Source: the human T2T-CHM13v2.0 reference genome, Homo sapiens
Assembly: GCF_009914755.1 (NCBI RefSeq)
Contig: NC_060934.1
Direction: 5' to 3' (one strand)
DNA length: 64,000 nucleotides
Within the stretch, counting starts at the first letter, position 1. Every line of letters begins with the position of its first letter. The position numbers and the translations under genes were made by a program. Positions 30,728-47,965 of the stretch are shown here, in pieces. The notes beneath the pieces were generated by a model, which was given only the letters and a program-made list of their open reading frames with translations, was not told where the DNA came from and made no database searches.

Positions 30728-31117
30728 CCCCCATTATATTTCTTAGGGGTTGTGAAGGAGACTTATGAACTCTCTGTGACATCCAAGGTTAGGCGAGGTA
30801 TTAGGAGTCACTGTCCTGAATTACTCTTGCACCTAGCACACACTGTGAAACCAAACATTCCCGTGTGGCATAAAATAGGTGGCCCCACTCTGTCATTACT
30901 ATACGTGACATCCTTCAAGGGATGGCAGAACAAACTGAAGCATTTATAGCAAAGCAAAACTAAATGAAGATAAAAACAACTTGCCTTCTGAGAGGTGGCT
31001 ATTGGACTTCATTAAGCCATTTACTGGACAATGAAAGAATCAGTCATACAAAGGCAATAAACAGGAATGTGAATGCTGCTACCCACCAGGAATTGGCCAA
31101 TAAAGTCAAATTTCTAA

Positions 31118-31361
31118 TTTAATTTAATTTAATTTAATGTTCCAGGATACATGTGCAGGATGTGCAGGTTTGCTACATAGGTAAACGTGTGCCATGGTGG
31201 TTTGCTGCACCTATCAAACCATCACCTAGGTATTAAGCCCTGCATGCATTAGCTATTTTTCCTAATGCTCTCCCTCCCTCAACCCCCTGACAGACCCCAG
31301 TGTGTGTCGTTCCCCTCCCTGTGACCATGTGTTCTCATTGTTCAGCTCCCACTTATGAGAT
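31118..31361 (-). mobile_element. 5'-truncated L1PA 3' end
   Basis: L1 3' UTR motifs (GTGCCATGGTGGTTTGCTGCACC, GTTCTCATTGTTCAGCTCCCACTTATGAG); perfect 20-bp TSD CAATAAAGTCAAATTTCTAA at 31098-31117 and 31362-31381. Confidence 0.93.
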
Positions 31362-32011
31362 CAATAAAGTCAAATTTCTAAGTGTCTGAAATTCCTTTTT
31401 AAAAATATAAAAAAATCCCTAGAGTTGGAAGGATGAGTAGGGCAATGCTAGGTACAAGTCATTTTTTTTTTTAATGGCACCTGTCAATGCTATAAAAAGG
31501 CAAGAAGGAAAATCATCCTTACGAAGAGAAATGGATGCCCGCCAAGGGCTGGGATTTGATCCTTCAAGTTCTCTTTTCTTCCTCTTGGAATCACTGGGTT
31601 TATGAAAGAAAGTGATGAAAATATGCAGAACGTGAGAGATTCACCGTCTTTGTCCTAAGTTTCACTTGTTACACAATACCAGACCAGGGGCTGACTTCCT
31701 TCACGCTACAGTTTTCTCCTTTCAAGAAGGTGGAATACGATGGTAATTATAGCTTGTGGGATCTTTGGCGGAGGGAGTATTGATAAGAATATGTTGTCCA
31801 TGGCGGCCTATTTTGTGACCACCCCCCACAAGAGTTGTTATTCCAGCCTAGGGTGAGGTCAAATTGTTGGACAGTATTTGAAAAATGTCACAATGCAACG
31901 TGCTATTCGACTCAACGTCTAAATGTACTCTTGGCATCCAGAGTGGAATATCAGTGGTGTGGACATCAGCCCCATATGAACTCAGGGGATCCTCAGAAAA
32001 GGAAAATGTTG

Positions 32012-32317
32012 GGCCAGGAGTGGTGGTTCATGCCTATAATCCTAGTACTTTGGGAAGGTGAGAGGGGAGGGTTGCTTGAGGCCACGAGTTGGAGAACAGC
32101 CTGGGAAACATATAGTGAGACCGTGTCTCTACAGAAAAATTAAAAAAATAGTCAGGCATGGTGGTGTCTGTAGTCCCAGCTACTTGGGAGGTGGAGGTGA
32201 GAGGATCGCTTGAATCCAGGAAATCAAGGCTGTAGTGAGTTATGACTATACCAGTGAACTCCAGTCTGGGTGACAGAGCGAGATCCTTCCTTTTAAAAAA
32301 AAGAAAAAGAAAAGAAA
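32012..32317 (+). mobile_element. AluJ-like
   Basis: Diverged full Alu with A-rich tail. Confidence 0.9.
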
Positions 32318-32550
32318 GTTTATAGCTTAATGTGATCAAGGCGTTGGCCCCCAATAATAGGATCAGTTTAGTCACATGTCGGATGGCTACAAAAGTGAGT
32401 ATTTACGTCTGGAGAATGTGTACCTGTGTCTTTCTCAATGGATGTGCAAGTGCTTACATGTTTGTGTGTTCACCTTGACATTCCAAATCCAAATTTAAAT
32501 TAGTTTAGTGCCTGTATTTTTTTCCTTTTTCCATCAGAGCAGATATCTGA

Positions 32551-32865
<315 letters not shown>

Positions 32866-33923
32866 GAGAATAGTTTTTAGGATTTCCCTTTCTTTAAGTA
32901 GGAAAAAGGCAGTGAGATCCACTCTGATTCGCTGATGTTTGGATTGGAGGCCAGCTTTGACAAGGTCCCCAAAAGTTCAGGGCCCTGTTCTCCCTTGGTG
33001 AGGCAGGTATAGGGGAGTGTGCTGTCTGTTGTGTAGACAGGTTTCTGTTCTGTTTGCTGCTGGCCTCATGCTTTCCATGGAGCTCAGAGAGACTGGGAAG
33101 AGCCCTTAGCTCCTTGTTTCAGGGCCAATCAAGCCCTGACCTCTTACCTAGACCAGTCTCCCAAAGCATTCAGGCCAGGGCTGCAGTCAGCCGTCACTCA
33201 GATCTCTTGACTCTCTTAAAATATGAAGGTTTTAGAGTCCTGGGCAGGCAGAGGAGGGAAATACTTTCTCTTCTGCACTATCTAGAGATGTGTTTCCATG
33301 TGAGTAAGGCAGACTTGTGTGTATGTACAGCAGTGCATGTATGACAGCAGTGCATGTACAAAAATTCAATTACACCCTAAAAAGGAAAAAAAATTCAATA
33401 AAAATATAGTGTCCACTGTGCCCAGACATTGTGCTGTACCTTTGGGGGTGAACCTGTGGTATGAAAGATGCATAAAACTTCAATATTGAAGTAGAAATGA
33501 TTCAGACACATTAAGACAAACAGGTCTGATTGCTTCTCCTGCCTGTTATCTTACTGACTCGTGGCTAGTGCTGATTAACAGCAGTGGCAGATTCTATATG
33601 AGTGGCTCTTCATGAAGAGAATTAATGGCTGCATAAACTCAGATATTCTTAAAATTAGGCACCAAGGCTAATTGCCATTTAACTCCCCAAGCTTCCAGAG
33701 CTGAAGTGGAGCAAAGGGCCGTGGAGGTCTGGTTGGGAGTGGGGCAGGGGTGGAGGATCACTGAGTCACATGCTTTTAGACTGTAGAAAATATATTTTCT
33801 TACCAGTAAAATGGGAGCTGCAATGAGGATTAAATGAGATAACATAGGTACAACATTTAACCTAGTGCATGGCATAGAGTAAATGTTCCATAGATAGTGA
33901 CTATTATTATTAGAATAGGCCCT

Positions 33924-34638
<715 letters not shown>

Positions 34639-34679
34639 GAATTGGGCCTTTTTTTTGTATTCAATATGGAGACATTAAA

Positions 34680-35520
34680 GACATTTTAGCAGAGGAGTGA
34701 TCTAATCACAGCTCCACATTTGACAATGGATATGGGATGGATTAGCGGGCAGAAAGATGGGAAAAGGAGAAACTAGCCCTAGGCCATTGCAGGAGCCCAG
34801 GTAAAAGGGGGCATCTAAGAGGGCAACTTGGAGAGATGGGGATGGATGCGAGAGAACTTGCAAAGGAGAATCAGGGGAACCTGGAAATTGACTAGATGAG
34901 GTGGACTGAGGTAGAATGAGTCTATGCCAGGTGACGGGGAAGCGACTCCTTTATGCTGCTTTCTCAAACACCCCTGGAGCCTCTTTGAAGGGTATATCAA
35001 GTCCCGAGGAGCCAGTGTTTGAGAAGAGATGATAAACTGAGCTTCAGACATCTTGAGTTGCTGATGGGGTATCTTGATCAAGTGGTTCAACAGGCAGAGA
35101 GTGGAGTTAGGAAGAGATATGCATGGGGGCGGTCTGCCCAGAATCCCCCTTGCAGTCATGGGAAGGCTGTGAGGTCACAAAGAGAGACCTTGACAGTGGA
35201 GAGCATGGATTTATCAATGGGGAATCCCATTGATTTGACAATCACCCTGCATAAGAGGTGGAAGGCAGAGAGCGCTGGAGCTGGACAGGGAGATGAGAAG
35301 GCAGTCTGAGAGGTGAGAGCAGCCTCCGGGAAGACCTGTTTCCTGGAAGCCAAGCCAGGAGGCAGCTCAAGGAGGAAAGTGAAATGTTGCAGAAATCAGG
35401 GTTAAAGAGATCACTAGCTTTTAGAAGGAGGTGGATATTTTGACTTGGGAAAAGAATTTCAGTGAGATGGTAGTAGTAGGCATCAGACAGTTAGGGGCAA
35501 AACACATGTTGGAAGACAGG
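34680..35520 (-). mobile_element. Degenerate L2 relic
   Basis: Purine-rich stretch with L2-like blocks (GAGCTTCAGACATCTTGAGTTG, CAGGCAGAGAGTGGAGTTAGGAAGAG). Confidence 0.5.
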
Positions 35521-35577
35521 AAGAAGTCCTGGAGATTTATCCTGGAAATCTTTGTCAGAGAAGAGACTGGGGTATTA

Positions 35578-35893
<316 letters not shown>

Positions 35894-36010
35894 ATTGAGT
35901 GGGTGAAAGTGTTGCTCTCAAGTTTTTTAGATTAGAAGTGATGCAATCAAGTTATCAAGCAGAAGAGAAGGAGTGACTGGAGTGAAGACAAGGATAAAAG
36001 GTGCCAAACA

Positions 36011-36153
36011 GGACCAGGCATGGTGGCTTACGCCTGTAATCCCAACACTTGCGGAGGCCAAGGTGGGAGGATCGCTTGAGGCCAGGAGTTTGAGAACAGA
36101 CTGGGCAGCAGAGTGAGGCCCTTGTCTCTATTAAAAAAAAATAAATAAATAAA
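36011..36153 (+). mobile_element. FLAM / Alu left monomer
   Basis: Single left arm with A tail. Confidence 0.85.
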
Positions 36154-37286
36154 AGTGCAAGACTGGTGGAGCCGAATGGCGAAAAATCCTCCAGGAGATG
36201 GGAGAGAAAAGGATCAGGAACAAAGGCCCTCTCCCAAGAGAGAGAAAAAGAGAAGGAAAAAAATTCAGAAGTTGGGGTAAGGAGTGGGGTAAACAAGGCA
36301 GTGTCTGCACATGGCTGTGGTGTCTCTGGGTGTTTGATGTTAATGATGAACAGGGAAGTTGAGGACGGTCATGGCGGGAAGAGGCCAGGCCATCTACGGG
36401 GAGAACAGCAGGGCTGGGCAGGTTGGAGAGTCCAGGGAATTCCCCAGGGAACACAGCAGGGAATCTGCCGGAGATGACTGAAGGATGGTGGAGCCCTTGG
36501 GTGGACTTGGGTGAAGTTAGGGGCTTTCTGCAGGTGTACTCTGAAATTTGGGTACCAGGGCACAGAAACTGGATGGAGACTGTGGACAGGCCTGGCATGC
36601 TGGGTGGGCTGTCTTGGGGCTGGGGGATTCCTACCTTCAAGAGCAGCAAATGAACGAAACTAGCGGGACAGGCCGGGAGTTCAGAAGAAATAAAAGTGCT
36701 TTCCATTTCTTCACTTGAAGTAGGAGCGCGGGCAGCGGAAGCGTTGGGGGGACATCCATGTCCTGGCTGCCTCTCCTGCCCCGAAACCCCCCTTGGGTTC
36801 TCCTGCCAGATTCTCATTGCATGACTTTTTTCTCTCGGTGAAAGATGAGAGAGTGACTCTCCCGAGAGACAGGAAAATCTGTCCCATTGTTTGTGCGCCC
36901 CTCTGCTCCTCTGCGAGGGATATCTGGCTTCTTTACGGCTCCTCTAAATAGACCATGTTTAATCATCACTGTCAGGCGGTGAGGAGCAGCCGTCGGTGGC
37001 CTGGTGGCAGTTTATAGGCCCAGGGCCATATGTCCCAGAGTGACATGCAGGGTTGCAATTCTGCAATGACAAAGAACAGCTGCGGTGACCACAGCGTGAA
37101 CCACGACTGATGACAATCTGCAGGGATTTTTGCATCAAACCGGCAGTGTGGCTCGCATAATGGGTGAGTGTATTTGGGTTCAGATTTAAAGCTGTGTACA
37201 GCGTCGAGGGGTCATGTGAGTTATCCTGAGCAGGTCCACCTGAAGCTTTGGTGGATCCTATAATATTAAAAAAAAAAAAAAAAAAA

Positions 37287-37844
<558 letters not shown>

Positions 37845-37849
37845 TCAAA

Positions 37850-38340
37850 CCTGGGTTGAAGTCCACAAGGTGACCTCTGGGCCTCAGACTCATAGTCTGT
37901 AAGATGGGCATGCTAATATGTGCCTTGTAGCATCATTGGGGAGATATATGTGATAGGCCACAAACGGGTGATTATTCTACACACCTCACAGAAGTGATCA
38001 CGGCATGTAGTCATTGTTGGTTTTTAACATTTCTCTCCCCCACTAGATGATGTCATCCTTGAAGGCAGAAACCATGTGTCCCCAGAAGTATGTTGGCTCT
38101 CAATAAGTAGCTGTTGAATAAATGAGTTGCTGGATATTCACAACTCACATTTGCTAAGCGTGGATGTGCCAGGTTCCGTGTGTGTGTTTATGTCATTGAA
38201 TCTTCGTAACAACTTAATGAGGGATGGGGATAACAACTTATTTACAGATAAATAACAACTTATTTACAGATGGGGATACAGAGGCTTAAAGAAGTTCAAT
38301 AACCTGCCTCAGTTTGCCCAGCTAGTTAGTGGTTGAGCGA
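37850..38340. mobile_element. MIR and L2 3'-end relics
   Basis: CTCTGGGCCTCAG...CTGTAAGATGGG (MIR), CTCAATAAGTAGCTGTTGAATAAATGA (L2 end), TTTACAGATGGGGATACAGAGGCTTAAAGAAGTT (MIR). Confidence 0.6.
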
Positions 38341-39407
38341 CCTCTTATCCACTCTTAGAGGGACTGGGAAAGCCTCCAGCTGAGGATTTGAATCTCAGGG
38401 GTGTTCACAGCCACTGTGAACCAAGATAGGGAAGATGTGTGGTGGCGAGCTTTCTTCTAACTCTCTTCAAGTAGCTTCTCCTACTACAGCTGTGCAAAGA
38501 GCTAAGGCCACCTGGCCCGTCTTGCAGGCCCGTATTAGGTAAAAAATATTCAGAAGCTGTTTACACACATGAAGATGCATTAGCGACCATGTACAACAGA
38601 CGGCGACCCCACCAGGGAAGTGTTGACTCGTGGTGGGGCTGGGTGGGTCGCAAGACCTGGAGTGCCTACAATGAGTTTTCTGCACCGAGCCTGCTGCTCT
38701 CTTGATTAATGGGACAGTGGAAAATTCCTCCCTTGGTTTATTTTTTTCCCTGAACCGAGAGCTCCATGTAGGAGCTGTGAGTGCCTCAGGGTGATACTTT
38801 CCCATTTGTCAGTACCTGGCGTACTCCACCCTCACCTGGACAGATGTCTCACGTTGCAGGAGGGCAAGGTGGGGATCAAGCCAGGCGACAACTCACCAGG
38901 CTTGGGCCCCATTGCTCTGCGGGGGGCAGGGGCCCTGAGAATGTGGGGTTGTTATTTTCCAGGTCCCTCTGCTTTAGTCATCTTGCTGCACGGAATGCAA
39001 AGCCTCCTGTGGCAGGAACCGAAGCTTAGCACCCTGGGGTTCCCTGATGCTGAAGCAGAAGGTCCTGCCTCTGAACAGAGCCTCGTTGACACCATTCGAG
39101 AAAGAAAGAACATTTTCTGCCTTTAAAGAGCTCTCGAAGTCTGTCCCCAGGTTAACAGTGGTTACCTCCATGCTGACTTCTACTTCTTCACAGTTTCCTT
39201 TCAGATGTTCTACAATGAGCATATATTGCTTTAGTAATCAGAGAAAGAAAACTCTAGCATGACATTAGCCTTCTGTGTGCTCACCAGATCCCTCTCTTTG
39301 GGGAAAACGAAGAAAATGGCTTCCTTTCTCCTCTGTGTGCACCATATCTCACTTCACACCCAGCGCAATTCCTGGTTCTGTAATTTTTCCTTACAGCTCC
39401 CACTTAA

Positions 39408-40173
<766 letters not shown>

Positions 40174-40801
40174 CATGGGCTTAATCTCTTAAACAGTTTT
40201 TTGACTTCCTTTTAATCTTTTCTGCATATATGTAGAATCTTGCTTCTCCCGTCCTTGCTTTGGAATAATGCTGCTGAGAATTTGGGAATATTTTCCCAAT
40301 AAAATAAATGATGCCATTTATTTTTCACCAAATGATAGGCTTTCTTGTCTACCACGTTAATAATTATTTTCTTCTTCTAGTGTGGTGACTCAGACGCTAA
40401 AATAAAAAAATTAAAAAAATTGTTATTTTCCTCCCATGAAATTCCTCCAAAATCTTAATTTTGGGCATTATGGTTGGGACTTTGCTCTGATAAAGAGACA
40501 CCTAGAAGACGGGAGAAGTTAGGAAAGAGGTGGATCTATCTGATTTCTCTCCTGGACCTGCTCTTATTCAAATGTTTTCTTCCCACGCTGCTCCCAAAGT
40601 GAGGTCCTTTATGGAATCTGAGCTGTGCTTAGAATAATATGGAGATTAGCTTTCAGTACAGATACGCACTTCACTTTAAGTAAAACTTATTTATAAACAT
40701 CAGGAGGAATGATTTGCTTTGCAAAAAGATGCTTTGCTAATAATAAGAATTCACCTTAGGATACTTTATATAGTCAACTTCCCAGTGCATAGAAATGCTA
40801 T

Positions 40802-40901
40802 GCAGCACACCAACATGGCACATGTATACACATGTAATAAACCTGCACGTTGTGCACATGTACCCTAAAACTTAAAGTACGATAAAAAAAGTATAAAAAA
40901 A
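40802..40901 (+). mobile_element. 100-bp L1PA (PA4-like) extreme 3' end
   Basis: GCAGCACACCAACATGGCACATGTATAC...GTACCCTAAAACTTAAAGTA plus A tail; TSD AGAAATGCTAT at 40791-40801 and 40902-40912. Confidence 0.93.
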
Positions 40902-41833
40902 AGAAATGCTATCATTACAAAAATTCAATATGAATTCAGTAGCATAGAATTTTCAGGAAGTAAGGCATACCTGCACGTGCCTGTATTATCAGGAACCCCA
41001 ATGCCATGTTTTCTCTGGAGACTGTAGGACTATCTTGTCACCCCAACGGTGATGTCACTGACAGTATTATGGAACTCAAATTGTGGTTGTGAGTGAGGTT
41101 AAGCTAATCAGCACTGAGCTCACAGCATTATTCTGTGTAAACCATTACAGAGGGGCTGTCTGATTCTGGTAATGCTAATTTCATCTTCTTATGAATGGGA
41201 AGTCAAGAGACTGGGACTCAATGTTGGTTCAGTCAATTCCTAGTGGCTGTTCTTGGGCTAATCCCATAGCCCTTGGATGCCCTTTGTTCATCTGTTTAAT
41301 CAGAAGTTTGTCCTAGAGAGTCTGTGCAGGTCATTCTCGACCTAATTTCCTCATTCTTTGATCACATTCAGCTATGTGGATAGGAGGCTGGGACTCTCTT
41401 GGGAGTTGCACAGGAGATTTTGGAATTTTACTTCATCTGATTACAGTTCTACGGGTTTTAAGGAATTTCACAGAACACATAGAGGTAAGAAACAGCATTT
41501 CTAAAAGGCAGTGTTGTTTCATGGTTACATACTTCCAGGAAGGATACGAAAAACCCAGACTGGATTGACCCAAGATAAGGGATCATACATTACTGACATT
41601 CCCACTCCTCTTGCAGGACCTAGAGGGAAACTGAAGTTCTTCCGCCCAAACACTGGACTGTGAAAACTCTAGGTCACATGTAGGCTCCTGGAGATGAGGA
41701 GGCTTCTTTGCTGTGGCTGTTATCATCTTTAAGGTGCAACACTTCCCTTTTCAGCACCTCAGTTTCCCTGTCTGTAAGATGGTTCACTTGTCAATTCTTA
41801 GTTTTTGACTCATGGAACACTTGTGCAAGGTAG

Positions 41834-42155
<322 letters not shown>

Positions 42156-42898
42156 AGAAGATCATTATTAACTGCACTGGGCTGAGGGAGATGCACTAGA
42201 TAAAAAGAAAGACCAAGGAAGCTCCACTTTCATAATGAAGCAATTCTGTCTCACAGACAGATCTTGGGAGAAGGGATGAAGTCAGAGGCTTAATCATGAG
42301 TGATTGTCTTTAATACTGAACCCCAAATCCCTGGTCAACAGCTTCTGGGAAAATGCCCCCTTTACCCAAGTGTCTGGTGACTGGATTTTTAGCCGAAGAC
42401 TCCTGAAATTTCAGCTCAAGCTCAGCCTAGCTAACCAAGGTGTGAGCTCGTTCACATCCAGAATAGAACAGACACAGGCCATGCCTGGATATCCCCAGGG
42501 GCCCGAGGAACAAAGGACATCATCATTGTAGTAAAAAAGTCACCAATCCTTGGATTAGAACAACAAATTATCCTGGTTTTTTAAAAATTACAATTATTTT
42601 GAATGCCAGGACCCTTTTTTTTGGTGGGGTGGGGGTGGTGCTTTTTCTAGGCTGGGTCATTTTTGTTATCACTGTCAACTCCTTCTTACCTTCTTGTTCC
42701 TCTTTTTTTAACCAAATGTCACTGCCATCCTAGCAGATTTTCCTTGGAGCATTTTCTCCCCACCGACTGCCTTCTCCTCTCCAGGGTTCCTTCTGTAAGG
42801 TGCATTTGGGAGGCTGGGCTCTCGGGGGCTCTCTGTGTCCCTGGAACTCTACTTCCCTGGGTAGCTCCCTCCCAGTGAGGCAAGACACTTCTCCGTAA

Positions 42899-43750
<852 letters not shown>

Positions 43751-46699
43751 GATTGGATTGTTATCATCTACCCTCAACCTACACAACCTTGAGGAGGAAT
43801 TCTCTCTCCTCTTTTCTTCTCAATGTGGGAATCAGATATGGGAGAGGAGAGCCTGAGTGACAGGCTGATGGAGTCTAGAAAGGAGAACTCATGGGGTCCC
43901 CAATGGCTACGGGGATTTTCTACTTTGTAAGGGGAGTTCCAGAGCTCCTCAGAGGTGGTGAGGGTGAGCGCTGCTCGCTGGAAGGGCTGGTGCAAAAGCA
44001 GCGTGGGAGGGTGTGGTGTGGCCCAGGGACTCCAGCCTTCTGCTCTGAGAAAGGAGTTGAGGTACCTCCCTAAGCCACCAGCCCCAGGGAGGCAGAGGGA
44101 GTGGCTGGGACACCTCCCTAGCCGCCCACTCCCACTGGGAGGAAAAAGGGAGTGGCAGGAGGCACCTGCATGCGCCTCTTGCCGCAGGAGAGAAGCCAGA
44201 GACACCTGCTAGGGCTGCTGCCTCCCTCCCGGGAAGAGGGCGGAGCTGCTATCTCGAGCTGCTGCATGCCCGCCTGGGGGGCCCGAGGCTGGAGGCGGGG
44301 GGGGGGGGTTGGCGGGAGCTGAGAACAGGCAGATGTTTGCCAAGGTTTCAAGAAGTTGGGAGCAGATCTCAGGGTGGCAGATGCTTCCTTGGAGAAACTT
44401 GGCCTGAATTTTCTAGGCCATTGGGATTGCTCCTAATTTAGAAGATTCAGAATCTGGAAGAATGCACTTTTGGAAGGAGGAACTAGAGGCGAAAGAATCC
44501 TGTCCTCCACAGCGTTTTCCTCCAGCCTGTCGGAATTTGCCCTGTGGTCTAGCTTGTTCTCTCCCCCAACCCCACCTTCATTCTTCATGGGGCGTGGGGG
44601 CAATGGAAAGCGGAGGATTTGTTTAGTTTGTCCTGCCTGACCTTCCTGACCTCCCCAAGTGCTGTGAAGTGCTGTGGCCTTCCCGCTTGGGGAAAACTGG
44701 GTCAACTAGATTTGAAGAGAGCCCTTTGGCTCTGCACTGGTTAGGACAGCCCAGAGCCCAGGTGACTTCTGTGCTGGTGTTTGATGCTCCATGTATGCAC
44801 CTCACCCCATGTGGCTTATCACGTCCGACATCTGATATTCTTTAGAGTGCATGTGTGTCAGTTGGCTAATACGGGATTTTTTTTTTTTTTTGGTCCAGAA
44901 GTTGAGAACTCGGAATAAGCCCCTTTCTACCCTGAAACACTTGTGAGCAACTGTGCCAATCAGTGTCAAATGCCAGCCAAGGACTAGGGAAAGAGTGAGC
45001 TACCTAAAGTCTGTTTTCTTCTTTTAGTTCCCAACTCATGCTGACAGCTTGGGGATTTTCAGTGACTCAACAAACAGACAGACAGACAGAGCTCCCTGAG
45101 TGGGTTCCACACCACCAGCCATCATCCTTCTCTCTGGAGGCGTCAGCCGACCCTGAGACACCTGCAAGAGCCTCCCAGTCCTCTCAGAAATATCTGTGAT
45201 AGTTGGGGAAAGAGACTAACAGAACAGAAATTCTGCTCAGTGAGAGAGGGAGGTCCCATGGAAGCTTCTATAAGCCAGAATCTTAAAAACATTTCATCTT
45301 TGGCTTCCTAAAACAACAAACAAAAACAAAACAAACAGAAATAAACCTCCTATTTGCTGGCTAAAGACTCACATCCTTAGCATATAAAAATAGAAAGCTT
45401 TTTCTTGATGTTTGTTTTAGGAAAAAGTATTCTTAATTTCCCTGTAGACCCCAGGGAACGGGCTGCTTGAAGTGAGGGGCCTCCAGGGTGGGAGAAACTC
45501 CTAAGGGCTACAGGGATTCCACATGGAGCCAGGCAGGGTACCCAGCCGGCCAGGGCCAAGGAGTCATCCCTGAAGACTCTCCCTTATCCCCGGGAGAATC
45601 TCAGACATCAAAGGCAACTCACCTTAGGAGGGAATCAGATCCCTAACTGGGATCAAATACGGGAAGAGGTTCCAGTCCAGGTAGGTGAAACTTATCATCC
45701 TGGCCATTATCTGATGCTGGCAAGAGGGAGCCCTGAGAATCACCAGGGGGCATTCCCCACGACGTTCTGGGAGCTTAAACCCCGCTGACTGTGCAGCTGG
45801 GCTTTCTGCAAGTCATAGTCATAATGATGGATGGACAGTGGCAGCCCCTCTCACCCTCACCCCCATCGTGTCCTTTCTCTCTAACCATAGATCTGTACCA
45901 TCTTGAAGGAAGGAAACAGGACTTTGACAGTTCCCAAAACTCTGATCTGGTGAGATAATTTCATGAGTTTATCATGTTCAGGTGTGGTGGCTTGGACGGC
46001 ATCAAAGCTGAGACGAAAGGTGTTAATTTGAGTGACAGCGTTTACATGCCCATATTGTCTCCACAGCCTCGGCTGCCCTAGGCTTATTTTCTCTAGAAAC
46101 ACAAGTTGGAAAATACCCAGGCACGGAACAACAAACTCCAGCCGTCTTCTCTCTTCTTGGCTTTGAACTGTGCCCTTGGCAGACCTTACCCCCTTCCCCA
46201 GCGATGGTCACATCTCCTCTTCCATCTTCTCTCCCCCAGTGGGAACTCGAGGGAAACAAACAGGGAGAACATGAGGTCCAGCACCTTCTTAGGGGGTGCT
46301 CTCCAAAAGCCCAGGCTTACAGAGGCTCATGGGAAGGCAGCGCTCAGGACGCCACTTAGATTCCTTTACCCACTGTGGGAGGCGTTCCGGGTGGAAGCCC
46401 AGTCCGGGGAAGGAGCCTTGTGGGAGTGTCACAGGACGAGCGTTCTTTTTCTGGGTGGGCTTATCATGAGACCCCCCGAGGCAACACAGCAGGGTCCTGG
46501 GCCATCAGAGCCCGAGTGTCTCCTTTCCCAGCACAACAGGCATTGGCTATAGCAAGGCCAGTGTTGGGTCATTCTTTCTGGCGGCAGCTAGATTTGGCGA
46601 TCTTGAGGAACGTTGGCTCCCTGAGTTCCAGATGCTGGTATCCCACCTGAAGCATGGTGTAACATTTCGGTTGAGTGCAGAGTTTTAAAAATTTTTAAT

Positions 46700-47175
46700 T
46701 TTTTTAAAGTTTTATTTTATGTTCAGGGGTTCCATGTGCAGGTTTGTTATATAGGTAAATTGTGGGTTTTGGGGGTTTGGCGTACAAATGATTTTGTCAT
46801 ACAGATACTATGCTATCACCCACCATAGTTTTTTGATCTCTCCCTCCTTCCATCCTCCACCCTCGAGGAGGCCCCAGAGTCTGTTGCTCCCTTCTTTCTA
46901 TACATATGTCCTCAAAGTTTAGCTCCCACTGATAAGTGAGAACATGTGGGATTTGATTTTCTGTTCCTGTGTTAGTTTGCTTAGGATAATGGCTTCCAGC
47001 CCCATCCATGTGGCTGCAAAGGACATGATCTTGTTCTTTTTAACAGCTGCATAGTATTCCATGATGTACATGGGCCTCATTTTCTTTGTCCAGTCCATGG
47101 TGGATAGGCACTTAGGTTGATGCCATGCCTTGTTATTGTGAATAGTGCTGTGCTGAACATGCATGTGAGTGCAGT
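46700..47175 (-). mobile_element. Old L1PA/L1PB 3' fragment with ORF2 C-terminal remnant
   Basis: ORF 46919..47191 reads ...MEYYAAVKKNKIMSFAATWMGLEAIILSKLTQEQKIKSHMFSLISGS, the L1 ORF2p C-terminus, followed by L1 3' UTR. Confidence 0.92.
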
Positions 47176-47194
47176 TTTGGGGGGCAGACATGTC

Positions 47195-47390
47195 TGGGTT
47201 CCGATAGCAGCTCTGCCACTTGTTAACTAAGAGATCTCTGGAAAGTCACTTGGCCTCAGTTAGCCTCAATGTCCTCATCCGAAAGTGAAGATAACAGTAT
47301 CTCACAGGGTTCCTGGAAGGATTGGAGCAAACACAGAGTCCAGTTCTTTGCATACTGCTTGGCATTTAGCAAGCACTCAATAATGACTAG
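47195..47390 (+). mobile_element. MIR relic
   Basis: GGGTTCCGATAGCAGCTCTGCCACTT...GCCTCAATGTCCTCATCCGAAAGTG...AAGCACTCAATAA. Confidence 0.65.
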
Positions 47391-47965
47391 CTAAATCCCT
47401 AATCCCCACTCTCCCTGCTGGAAAACCTACCTGCCTCCTACCTCCTTCGTCTGCATGCTGCTGTGAGGGGATCCTCTAGGCTGGAGGTCTGAATCTACCT
47501 GCCCACTGTGGAGGAAATGATGAGGGACCCCAGATATTCACTGGGGAGGGAGAAGACGCAGCAGAAAACTTTTACTGTCTCTCTTTTTATTTTTATTTTT
47601 TGCTGTTTTCCTTATAGTCCCTTGAAACTTGGCAACTTGGCATGCCAGTTTTTTTCTGGAAGGGCAAAAGATGTTATGAAAACCATTGAAGGCTATTTCC
47701 CTTTTTTAAACTAAATTTTAATTTTTGTCTAAGTTATGGAAGTACACAGATGAAAATATCCAAACTTTATTGCTGAGGCTTAAGAAAGACAGCAGTTCCT
47801 TGCCTGGAACTTTGCCCACCCTCAAATCCTGATACCAAGAGGAAGCTACTTCCACACTTTCAGTTGTTTCTTGAGATAGTTCTCTTCCTGTCTCAAAACC
47901 GTGTGCTTCTATTCCCGTACTTTGATTTTTCACTTTTTTTATACATGTGAACTTTTTGTTGTGAT

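Noticed and set aside
36131-36817. 228-aa minus-strand ORF
   Set aside because: Pro/Ser-rich low-information translation ending in an Alu tail; no domain or splice support.
46919-47191. Reverse-transcriptase-related ORF as an active element
   Set aside because: Only a short, diverged L1 ORF2 C-terminal remnant.
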